From: Roseibacillus sp.
GTDB lineage: Bacteria > Verrucomicrobiota > Verrucomicrobiia > Verrucomicrobiales > Akkermansiaceae
Assembly: GCA_965242925.1 (NCBI GenBank)
Contig: CBDEUM010000037.1
Location: 1-64,000, forward strand
DNA length: 64,000 nucleotides
Reading direction: 5' to 3'
A program made the translations under genes and the position numbers. Under the pieces are notes generated by a model. That model saw only the letters and a list, made by a program, of their open reading frames with translations. It was not told the DNA's origin and searched no databases. Within the stretch, counting starts at the first letter, position 1; the number at the start of each line of letters is the position of its first letter. Below are positions 29,132 to 38,458 of this stretch, one piece after another.

Positions 29132-30779
29132 TCAGGGGCTGGAACCGGGTAATGGCGGAGGCATGGCGGATGGTCGGACCTTCTTTCCGTTCAGCATGGT
29201 CCCGATTATGGTGTAACGCACAAGGTAGCGGTAGGTGAGGAGGAGGAAAGCGAAGGAAACGAGGCAGATCAGGGTGAATTTCACCAGGCTGGGAAGGGGG
29301 CTGGCGGAGACGAGGGCCTGGAGGAGCATGATGAGGGGAAGATGGGCCAGATACATCCAGTAGGAGGCATCGGATACGTAGCGGATGCCGGTCGTTCTCC
29401 CGGGCGCAGAACTGGCGGAAGATGCCGAGGAAGCCCAGGATCATGAGCCAGGTGTAGAGGGCGGCGCACAGGCTGAAGATGATGCGCCGGGTGCCGGGAA
29501 GGCCCTGCTCGAAGAGGTGTAATCCGTAAAGCAGCGGCGGGATCGCGAGCAGGAAGGAGACCGGCCACCAGCGGCCGAGTTTGTCCTCGAACTCGGGGCG
29601 TCCGAAGCAGATGGCGCCGAAACCGAAGAACAGGCCGTAGTAAAAGAGCTTGGGAGGCCAGGGAAGAATCCCCATCGCGGTGTCGGGACCGAAGGACTGC
29701 CGCATGAAGAACTGGGCGATGGCGGTCAGGGGAATCAGGACCAGGAGGCAGACCGGGGCCGAGAGAAGCCAACCGGGAAGGGGAGGAATTTTCCAGGCCG
29801 TCACCAGCAGGGAAGCGATTGCAAAACCGGCCACCAGCATGAGGAGGTAGTAGAGAAACCACAGGTGGGCGGTGATGGGCACCATGGCGAGCCAGGTGTA
29901 GATTCCGATGAGAGCGTTGGAAGAGAGGGGGGAGGCGGCGACAGCTCCCTGCTCAACAAGGTAGGGGTCCAGTTTCTTCCGCCCCGCCATGACCTCCTCC
30001 CGGTCAACCTCCACTTTGATCATGCTGGCGATCCACTCGACCGTTTTCCAGTTTTCCCGGGCGCTATCGAGAGGCCTTTTGTTCTCCGCCGAACTGCTGT
30101 TGACGTCAGCACCGTTTTCCACAAGGGATCGGGCGATGCCGGCACGTCCGAGAAAGGCGGCGGCGTGGAGAGGGGTGTATCCCTTGTCGTCCCGGACGTT
30201 GGGGTCGGCCCCCCCGGCAAGGAGGAGTTCGGCGGACCCGCGTTGGTTGGCCCAGACCGCGATGGTCAGGGCAGGTTGCCCTTTGTCGTCCCTGGAGTCC
30301 GGGTTGGTTCCGTCCTGGAGATGGAGGCGGAGGTTCTCGACATCACCGCTCCTGAGGGCCGCCCAGAATCCGGGCTCATTCCTACTGCTGGTGGTGGATT
30401 GGTTCCCGTTGCCAACCGGAGCACGGGTGCTCGTGAGGTGTTCACCAACCATCGAAGCAGCCCAGGTCAGGGGAATGAAGACCATTCCGCCGATGACGAG
30501 GGGCAGGAGGATGCGTTGCACGCGGTGCAGGAGCAGTTTGCCAAGGCCTCGCCGTTTCCACAGCATGGTGGTGAAGTAGCCGCTGATCAGGAAAAAGAGG
30601 GGCATGCGGAAGCCGTGGATGGCTTGGTTGACCGTCTCGTAGAGTTCGTGCTGCTGCAGGTCCTGCGCCGGCCAGTAGGAGTTCTCGAAAAAGGAGAGAA
30701 GGCCGTGCATCACGATGCCCAGGAGCATGGCGGTGGCCCGCAGGGCATCGAGGTGGTGGTAGCGGGAGGCGCTGCTCAC
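29132..30779 (-). CDS. Acyltransferase family 3 (OpgC/MdoC-like) with internal ankyrin-repeat insertion (frameshift at ~29390)
   Basis: RYHHLDALRA, FRMPLFFLISG, HLWFLYYL and, after the shift, RYVSDASYWMYLAHLP. Ankyrin motifs GADPNVRDDKGYTPLHAAAFLG and GADVN lie between the TM segments. Confidence 0.85.
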
Positions 30780-30885
30780 GGGGGGAATCCTTTCCCGGGT
30801 TGGAGCCGGACAACAAGGATGGAGTGGTGAATTTTTTGGAGGCTGGGCCGTTGCCGGAGCACCCCGGGTGAGGTAGAGGATTGGT

Positions 30886-31702
30886 ATGAAGCACCTCTTG
30901 TTGCTTGCACTGGCATTGGCATTCCCGGGTGGGGAAGATCTCCGGGCAGCCGGGGGAGAGTATCTCAGGGAGGACAACCTCGCCTATCGGGACGAGAACT
31001 CGCCGGGTTGGGATGCCTACATGAAGGAGCGGTGTGTCCTGGATCTCTACCGTCCCAAAGGCCGGAGGGGATTCTCCACTGTGGTCTGGTTTCATGGTGG
31101 GGGATTACGGGGAGGAAAGAAGGCCGTTCCAAGCTCAGTTGCAGGGACAGGGGATCGCGGTGGTGGCGGTGAACTACCGGCTCTTCCCGAAGGTGAAGTG
31201 TCCGTCCTACATCGAGGATGCGGCAGCGGCGGTGGCCTGGACCTTCAAGAACATCGAACGCCATGGAGGTGATATGAAGCGTATCTACGTGGCGGGACAT
31301 TCGGCGGGCGGCTATCTCACCAGCATGGTGGGCCTGGACAGGAGTTACCTCCAGGCGCATGGGATCGATGCCGACAGGATTGCAGGGCTGATTCCCTTCA
31401 GTGGGCATACCATCACCCACTTCACCCCGCGGGAAGAGCGCGGCATTCCCGACAAGCAGGCCGTGATCGACAGATTTGCGCCGCTTTTTCATGTGCGGGA
31501 CGATGCTCCTCCCCTGGTGCTCATCACCGGGGACCGGGAACTGGAGATGCTGGGCCGCTACGAGGAGAATGCCTATCTCTGGCGCATGATGAAGGTGGCC
31601 GGGCATGAGAAGACGAAACTCCATGAGTTGGAAGGCTTCAATCACGGGGGAATGGCGGCCCCGGCCTTCGGAATCCTGCTGAAGGTGCTGAAGGGCAGGT
31701 GA
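30886..31702 (+). CDS. Secreted HSL-like alpha/beta hydrolase/esterase (frameshift at ~31131)
   Basis: LDLYRP, WFHGGG, then in the +1 frame VNYRL, GHSAGG and a C-terminal HG; one extra A separates the two halves. Confidence 0.85.
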
Positions 31703-31835
31703 GAGGCAGGAAGGGGGCTGCCCTGCAGTTTGCCGGAGGAGGCAACTGTCTGCAGATCATCCCCCTGCGGAGCGACGACCGCAAATTGCAGGCAATTCCT
31801 TGTCGGCTGCGATGGGGATCGGTAGCGTGCCGCTT

Positions 31836-34800
31836 GTGAAACTTGCAAGTTGCCTGGCAGCAATCGTTGTAGGGGGTGTGGCGTTAGTCACAGCCCGGGG
31901 AGAGGTGGCCTTCGAACTGAGAAAGGGAGACGTGGTGGCCTTTGTGGGAGGAACGGACCTGATCAACCTGCAGAGGGAGGGGCGGCTGGAGGCGGCCCTC
32001 ACCATGAAGTGGAAGTCGGCGGCCCCCCTCTTCCGTGATTTCGCCTGGGACGGAGACACGGTGTATCACCAGAGCGCGGAACGGGAGCGCTGGCGGCAGG
32101 ATGCCTTCGGGAACTGGGAGGCGCAGTTGAAGCGGGCGGGGGTCACGGTCGTGATCGCGCAGTTTGGGAAAATGGAATCGCTGGATGGCGCCGGGAAGGT
32201 GGGCGAATTCGCCGGGGCCTACGGGAGCTTTCTCGACAAGGTGGGCAAGGACCGGAGGTTGGTTCTCCTCGAACCCTCGCCTTTCCAGTGGGAAGGGGCG
32301 GTGGAACGGTCGGCTTTGCCTGTCTACCTCGGTGCGATTCGTGAACTGGCGGCAGAGCGGAAGATTCCCTTCGTAACAGGGAATGGGGAAGACCCGGCCG
32401 GGGCCTTTATCCGGGGCCTCACCGGAGGTCAGGAACCGAAGGGGGCAGCTTACGAGTTGATGTGCGTCACGGCTGGTGAGAAGCACCGCCTCTGGTGCGA
32501 GTACTGGCGACCGGCCAACTGGAAGTGCATCTTCGGTGATGACAGCCGGAGGATCTTTGCCAAGGCCTCGCACGGATTGCCTTCGATCCAGGAAGAGTGG
32601 GCCACCTACCCCGCCCTGATCGCCAGGGTGGAGGAGGCCATTTTCGCGGGCAAGCCCTGGAACCCGCCCGCGGCACCTGAGCTGACCGGATCAAAGGAGG
32701 CCGATGTGACAAATGAGCTGGCTTCCTTCGAGGTCCTGGAGGGGTTCGAGGTGAATCTCTTTGCCGATGAGTCGCACGGGGTGCGCAATCCGCTTTCCCT
32801 GCGCTGGGATGCCCGCGGCCGGATGTACGTGGCCTGCTCGGACGTCTATCCGCAGGTCGAGCCGGGGGTGCGTGGTTACGACCGGGTGATCACGCTGCGG
32901 GATACCGACAACGATGGCAGGGCGGATGAGTCCGGGGTGTTCGCAGAAGGGCTGTTGATCCCGACCGGGATGGAAGTGGGGCCGGACCGGGTCTATATCG
33001 GGCAGGGTCCGGAGTTGCTGACCCTCCGTGACACCAATGGGGACGGCGTGGCGGACGAGCGCACGGTGGTCCTGACCGGCTTCGGGAATGGCGACTCGCA
33101 CCAGACAAGCAATTCCTTCGTGTGGAGTCCGGGGGGAGAGCTCTGGTGGTGCCAGGGGGACGGGATCGAGTCCCGGGTGGAAACCCCCTTCGGGGTCTCC
33201 TCGCTTTTCCAGGCCGGAGTCTATCGCCTCCGGCCGAATGAATTGCGGCTCGATCCGCTCCTCGATGACTTCATGGGGCCCGGCAATCCGTGGGGCATCG
33301 CCTTCGACGATTTCGGACAGTCGTTCGTGATCGACGGGGCCGGTGGGGTCTCCTACCTCACTCCGGCCTCCATTCCGGCCAAGCGCCGACTCCGCCTGCC
33401 GCGAATTGGTAATCCGGGAGGCTACTGCGGGATCGAATGCCTGGGGGCGGGAAATCTTCCGGACGGAATGCAGGGCCAGTTTGTCATCGGGGACTACAAG
33501 AAGAACCAGGTGAGCCGTTTCGAGACGCGGGAAGATGGAGCGGGTTTCAAGCTGGAATGGAAGAGTCCTCTCCTGCGCTCGAAGCACCGCAACTTCCGTC
33601 CTATTGACGTCAAGATGGGGCCCGACGGTGCGATTTATGTGGTGGATTGGTACAACCCGATCACCTGCCATCAGGACGACTTCTACCGTCATCCCGAGCG
33701 GGACAAGACCCATGGACGGATCTGGCGGGTGACCCCGAAGAAGGGGGCGATCAAACCGCCCGTCCTGGCAAAGGCCAGCGTGGAGAAGTTGCTGGAGGCA
33801 CTCGAGGCGCCGGAGCGTTGGACGCGTCTCAAGGCCAAGCAGGTTCTGGTGGACCGCAAGGGGACTGAAGTGCGGGAGGCGATCCGGCAATGGAGTGCAG
33901 GCCTGCAGGGCAGGGAGAACGGACGATCTTTGCTGGAAGGAGTGAGCACCCTGGAGTGGATCGAGCAACCGGACGTGGTTGTGCTGAAGCGCCTGCTGGC
34001 GTCGCCCGATCACCGGGCGCGGGCCTATGGTGCGCGGGTGGCGGGACGCTGGAGTGATCGTCTGGAGGAAGGCCATGACCTGCTGGTGGCGGCAGCCCGC
34101 GATTCGCATCCGTTGGTGCGGATGGAAGCGGTGCTGGCGGCCGGGCAATCTTCCCAGGCCCAGGCTGTTCTGGTCTCGGCTGCGGTTGCGGAATCGAAGC
34201 GTGACCGCTGGATCGAGTACGCCTTTTCGCAGGCGGTGCATCACAGTAAGAGCCACTGGTTGCCGGCCCTGCGGGCGGGCAAGCTGGATTTTTCCGGGGC
34301 CCGGCGGGGATTGGCCGCGGTTCTCGGTTCGTCGGGCTCCAAGGGTGTCCTGGAGGAGATTCGGACCTTGGTGCGGGGGGGGGAAGTGGAAGGCGAGGCG
34401 GGTGATGCCCTTGTGTTGACCCTGGTTGCAATTGGTGAGGAGGACGATCTGCGGACGGTCCTCAATGCAGACCAGCCTGGCACGAGCCTTCTGCGGATTC
34501 TGAAGGATCGCGAGCGTCCCAAGTTTGACGTCATGCCGCCGTTGGGGCGGGCCTTGTTGCATCCCGAACTGGAAGGACGCATCGCAGCGGTGGAACTGGC
34601 TGCTCACTGGAAGGTGAAGGAGCTCTATGCGCCGGTTCTCAGGATCGCGGGCGAAGTGAAGGGAGATGCGGACCTGCGTGATGCCGCATTGCGGGCGCTG
34701 GGTCCACTGGGCAGTAAGGAGACGATCGAGATCCTCAAAAAGCATGTCGGCCCGGCGGACAGAATTCATCCGGCTGCGCTGGCGGCGATCCTGGAACTGG

Positions 34801-35525
34801 ACGCGGCGGACGCCGCCCGGGAAGCAGCTGCCATCTTGCGCGAGTTGAAGGAGGCGGGGAGGATCGCCGTTATTCTCACTGATTTTGCCGGGCGGGAAGG
34901 TGCCCCAGCCCTGTTGGCGAAGGAACTGGTTTCCAGGCCGCTCGATTCAGGACAGGCTGAGCGGCTCCGGCAGGCCTGGGTGGCCACGGGTTTCGTGGAC
35001 AGGGAACTTGGGGCAGCCCTGGACAGGATGGCGGGTCTGGATGTCGGCGCGGCTTATGACGAGGAGAGAGTGAGGAAGCTGGTGGCGGCCGCCCGACTGG
35101 GGGATCGTGAGCGGGGGGCAGAAGTGTTCCGCTCGTCCCAGGCCGGCTGTGCGGCCTGTCATCAGGTTGGCGGGGCAGGAGGCGTGATCGGACCGGACCT
35201 CAGTGCGGTGGGCAGCGGCCTGCTGCCCGAGCGCATCGTGACGGAAGTTCTCTGGCCCCGGCAACAGGTGAAGGAGGGCTACGTCCTGAGCAGAATCATC
35301 ACCAGGGACGGGGGCGTGCAGCAGGGCTACGTCCAGGCCAGTCGGGACGAGGGGATCTTGTTGCTGCGCGACTTTACCACCAATTCCCTGCACGAAATTG
35401 CGCGCACCACGGTCGCAAGCCAGGAGGAAATCGGAAGCCTCATGCCGCCCACTGCCCAGGAGTTCCCGGAAAAGAAGCTGGCGGATCTTTTTGCCTACCT
35501 GTTTTCACTGAACGGGAAGCAGTAA
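31836..35525 (+). CDS. PVC-type membrane-bound dehydrogenase-like protein: SGNH-like domain, beta-propeller, HEAT repeats, CxxCH cytochrome c
   Basis: WDARGRMYV, DTDNDGRAD, FRPIDVKMGPDGAIYVVDWYN, GRIWR, CAACHQVG..IGPDLS, SLMP. Confidence 0.88.
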   Translation: MKLASCLAAIVVGGVALVTARGEVAFELRKGDVVAFVGGTDLINLQREGRLEAALTMKWKSAAPLFRDFAWDGDTVYHQSAERERWRQDAFGNWEAQLKRAGVTVVIAQFGKMESLDGAGKVGEFAGAYGSFLDKVGKDRRLVLLEPSPFQWEGAVERSALPVYLGAIRELAAERKIPFVTGNGEDPAGAFIRGLTGGQEPKGAAYELMCVTAGEKHRLWCEYWRPANWKCIFGDDSRRIFAKASHGLPSIQEEWATYPALIARVEEAIFAGKPWNPPAAPELTGSKEADVTNELASFEVLEGFEVNLFADESHGVRNPLSLRWDARGRMYVACSDVYPQVEPGVRGYDRVITLRDTDNDGRADESGVFAEGLLIPTGMEVGPDRVYIGQGPELLTLRDTNGDGVADERTVVLTGFGNGDSHQTSNSFVWSPGGELWWCQGDGIESRVETPFGVSSLFQAGVYRLRPNELRLDPLLDDFMGPGNPWGIAFDDFGQSFVIDGAGGVSYLTPASIPAKRRLRLPRIGNPGGYCGIECLGAGNLPDGMQGQFVIGDYKKNQVSRFETREDGAGFKLEWKSPLLRSKHRNFRPIDVKMGPDGAIYVVDWYNPITCHQDDFYRHPERDKTHGRIWRVTPKKGAIKPPVLAKASVEKLLEALEAPERWTRLKAKQVLVDRKGTEVREAIRQWSAGLQGRENGRSLLEGVSTLEWIEQPDVVVLKRLLASPDHRARAYGARVAGRWSDRLEEGHDLLVAAARDSHPLVRMEAVLAAGQSSQAQAVLVSAAVAESKRDRWIEYAFSQAVHHSKSHWLPALRAGKLDFSGARRGLAAVLGSSGSKGVLEEIRTLVRGGEVEGEAGDALVLTLVAIGEEDDLRTVLNADQPGTSLLRILKDRERPKFDVMPPLGRALLHPELEGRIAAVELAAHWKVKELYAPVLRIAGEVKGDADLRDAALRALGPLGSKETIEILKKHVGPADRIHPAALAAILELDAADAAREAAAILRELKEAGRIAVILTDFAGREGAPALLAKELVSRPLDSGQAERLRQAWVATGFVDRELGAALDRMAGLDVGAAYDEERVRKLVAAARLGDRERGAEVFRSSQAGCAACHQVGGAGGVIGPDLSAVGSGLLPERIVTEVLWPRQQVKEGYVLSRIITRDGGVQQGYVQASRDEGILLLRDFTTNSLHEIARTTVASQEEIGSLMPPTAQEFPEKKLADLFAYLFSLNGKQ

Positions 35526-35780
35526 GCTTACAGTGCGGCGAGGAGCAGAGCGTCTTTCCGGCGGGAAAGGCTGTTGAGCATGAACATCGTTTCGGGCCGG
35601 CTGATCGGGAGGCGGAGGCAGTTTTTGAACGAAGAATCGAAGAATCAACGGGTGCCAGCCAGTTCTAGCTTGTCATGGGGTAACTCCCGGCGTAACGCCC
35701 GGGTGCTCAGGAGGAGAGATTCCGAGAATAATCGTTCCGTTTGTCCCGTCCTAGTAGATATTGAAACCAACACAAACAGT

Positions 35781-36470
35781 ATGAATCATTTTAAAAGAAC
35801 GATGATGGGCCTGGTGATGGGTGCCGTGGCATTGAGTGCGCAGGCGGCTGACAAGGTTGAACTCGAAGGTGCCAAGGTGGGGATATGGACGATGGACTTT
35901 GACGCCGCGGTCAAGCTGGCGGGTGAGAAGAATCTCCCTCTCATGCTCAACTTCACCGGTTCCGACTGGTGCGGGTGGTGCAAGTTGATGGACAAGAACA
36001 TTTTTGCCGAAGAGGAGTGGAAGGCCTATGCCAAGGATAACGTTTTGCTGGTCACCCTCGACTTCCCCAATGACAAGTCGATCGTGCCCGAGAAGTACGT
36101 GAAGCGTAATGAGAAGCTCCGCGAGCAGTTTGGGGTGGGGGGCTATCCGTCCTATGTGGTGCTCGACAATGATGGAGAAACCAAGCTCGGGCAACTGGGT
36201 GCCGGAAGAGACAAGACTCCCTCGTCCTTCATCGACGAGTTCAAGGGGGTGGTGCGGATGAGTGTCGGGGCCATCGAGGCTTACGTGAAGGCCAACCCTG
36301 GCAAGGCCGACGGCTACAAGGCCGCCATTGAAGAATTCCAGACGGCCAAGAAAAGCCTCATGGACTGGCTGAAGACCGAACCGAAGAGGACGGAAGAGAA
36401 TACCAAGAAGTTCGAAGGCTTCAACAAGCGCATCGGGGAGGCGGAGACGTCTCTCAAGGCCTTTCACTGA
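35781..36470 (+). CDS. Secreted thioredoxin-family protein
   Basis: Signal peptide; FTGSDWCGWC; cis-Pro loop GYPS. Confidence 0.88.
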   Translation: MNHFKRTMMGLVMGAVALSAQAADKVELEGAKVGIWTMDFDAAVKLAGEKNLPLMLNFTGSDWCGWCKLMDKNIFAEEEWKAYAKDNVLLVTLDFPNDKSIVPEKYVKRNEKLREQFGVGGYPSYVVLDNDGETKLGQLGAGRDKTPSSFIDEFKGVVRMSVGAIEAYVKANPGKADGYKAAIEEFQTAKKSLMDWLKTEPKRTEENTKKFEGFNKRIGEAETSLKAFH

Positions 36471-36516
36471 TCCCGGTCACGCATTTCGCGTTTTCTCTGA
36501 TCGAGGGGCGCTGTTC

Positions 36517-36562
36517 ACGGAGGAGACTTCGCCGGAGGTTCCGGCGACCAGGTCTCCTCCGT
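36517..36562 (+). terminator. Long hairpin after the thioredoxin gene (terminator or structured RNA element)
   Basis: ACGGAGGAGAC...GTCTCCTCCGT enclosing TCGCCGGA-GGT-TCCGGCGA; weak U tail. Confidence 0.45.
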
Positions 36563-36750
36563 TGTCGTGTTCATGGGGCGTAATCCGGGATCATGAACGC
36601 CGGGATCGAAAAACCCAGGGCCTTGTGAGAGGAGGAGTGAGTCCTCCCCGGTCGCATGGAAGGGTGATCCGTCTTGGGTAAAATGTTGGAATAAAGGGCT
36701 TTTCGAGTCCCTGTTAATACGCCTTCATCGCGTAGCAAACCGAACCACTC

Positions 36751-37819
36751 ATGAAAACGACGACCTCATTCTTTACCGCTCTCTCTGCATTAATCGCCCT
36801 TTTGGCCCTGTCCGCTGCCCATGCGGCTGACAACAACAAGGTCTGGACCGATCCCGCGAAGGCGGCCAAGGAAGATCCCGATTTCGTGATCCAGGGGGAA
36901 TACGCGGCCAAGGGGGCCGGAGCCCAGGTGATCGCGCTGGGCAATGGCCACTTCCACGCGGTGCTCTACCCGGGGGGTCTTCCCGGGAGCCGGATGGGAT
37001 GGCAAGGGCAAGAGCCTGCTGGATGGCAAACTCGATGGAGGAAAGGCTGCTTTCGTTCCAGCGGCGGGTAAGAAGCGCTACATGGCCGGAGGAGGAACCG
37101 AATTCAGTGCCACCCGCAAGTTCCCGCCGGAAGGACACGAGGAATACAGCGGTGGAATTGCGGACGGTGTTTTCAATATAAAGGCCAAGAGTGGCAAGGG
37201 AATGGCTCTCAAGAAGGTGGAGCGGAAGAGCCCGACTCTTGGCGCAAAGGCCCCCGCGGGTGCGGTGGTCCTTTTTGACGGTAGTAATGTCGATCACTGG
37301 AAGAACGGCAGGATCACGGACGGGTTGCTGGGTGCCACCGGCGCGATCAGTACGAAACTTTTCCGGGACTGCACCATTCACGTGGAGTTTCGCACGCCGT
37401 ATCGCCCGCATGCACGGTCCCAGGGACGGGGCAACAGCGGAGTCTACTACCAGGGACGCTGGGAGACCCAGGTTCTCGATTCCTTCGGCTTGGAAGGCCT
37501 CATGAACGAGTGCGGGGGGATCTACTCCATCGCCGCCTCCAAGCTCAACATGTGTCTCCCGCCCCTGAGTTGGCAGACCTATGACGTGGAGTACACCCAT
37601 GCCAAGTTTGACAAGGAGGGGAAGCGCACGGCCTGGCCGCGCATGACGGTCAAGCTGAACGGGGTTACGGTTCACGAGGACCAGGAGATGGGAAAAACCC
37701 ATACCACGGCGGCTCCGGTGGGTGGCCCGCTCAAACCGGAACTCGGGGGGCCGATCTTCCTGCAGAACCACGGGAATCCGGTATTTTACCGGAACATCTG
37801 GGTGCGACCCAAGAAGTAA
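36751..37819 (+). CDS. DUF1080 secreted protein, paralog 2 (frameshift at ~36985-36987)
   Basis: Collinear with 21690-22736 (WTDP..DF.IQGEY, GAQVIALG.G.FHAV.YPGGLPGAGWDG). An extra G splits ORFs 36751-37071 and 36944-37819. Confidence 0.87.
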
Positions 37820-37847
37820 CCCCTCCGGGAGCTGTCCGGAACAGGCC

Positions 37848-38447
37848 CTATGGCTCGATCAGGATCTGACAGCCGATTGCCTTGGTAACCGGAGTGGTGA
37901 CCTTCCTGCCTCCAAGGATGGCGGCGAGGGCATCCTTGAGATCGTGGGTGGTAGGCTTGGGCCTGCGCTTGCCGTAGGTGGTGTAGGTGTCGTCAATGCG
38001 TCCACGATAGACGCAAGTGCCGTGGGGGAGGTAGACGTGTGCCTCGGGAGTGACTCTCGCCTTGTGGAGTCGAGCGTAGTCCTGCCTGTTGTCGAGGATG
38101 ACCGGGCTGATCACCTCGAACTCCCTGGCGTGTCTGGCGAGATCTTCCTTTTTGCCATCCGGGTCAGGATGGATCTGAAAGAAGCGTACTCCCTTCGCTT
38201 CAAAGGTCCGTGCCAGGCGGCGCAGGGAGGGCTGATAGAAATTGGCGATGGGGCAGGTCGTGTCGACGTAGACGAAGACCACTGCAACAGTTCCCTTGGA
38301 TTTGGCAGGTTCATGAACCACGCCGGTCACGTCCATCAGGCGGAGGTTTCCCAGCTGGAGAGGTGATTGCTTCCGGGTCGACTGGGACCAGGCCGTGGGG
38401 CTGAGGAGCAGGAGGACCGTAAGGGAAATACAGGAAAGCAGTTGCAT
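37848..38447 (-). CDS. Secreted redoxin/AhpC-TSA-like thioredoxin-fold protein
   Basis: TTCPIAN, ARVTPEAHV, YRGRIDD, TKAIGC. Confidence 0.85.
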   Translation of the reverse strand: MQLLSCISLTVLLLLSPTAWSQSTRKQSPLQLGNLRLMDVTGVVHEPAKSKGTVAVVFVYVDTTCPIANFYQPSLRRLARTFEAKGVRFFQIHPDPDGKKEDLARHAREFEVISPVILDNRQDYARLHKARVTPEAHVYLPHGTCVYRGRIDDTYTTYGKRRPKPTTHDLKDALAAILGGRKVTTPVTKAIGCQILIEP

Positions 38448-38458
38448 CGTAGAAGTCG

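Noticed and set aside
36468..36562. SECIS-mediated readthrough of the thioredoxin TGA
   Set aside because: The hairpin is about 46 nt away, another in-frame TGA follows within 10 codons, and the protein appears complete.
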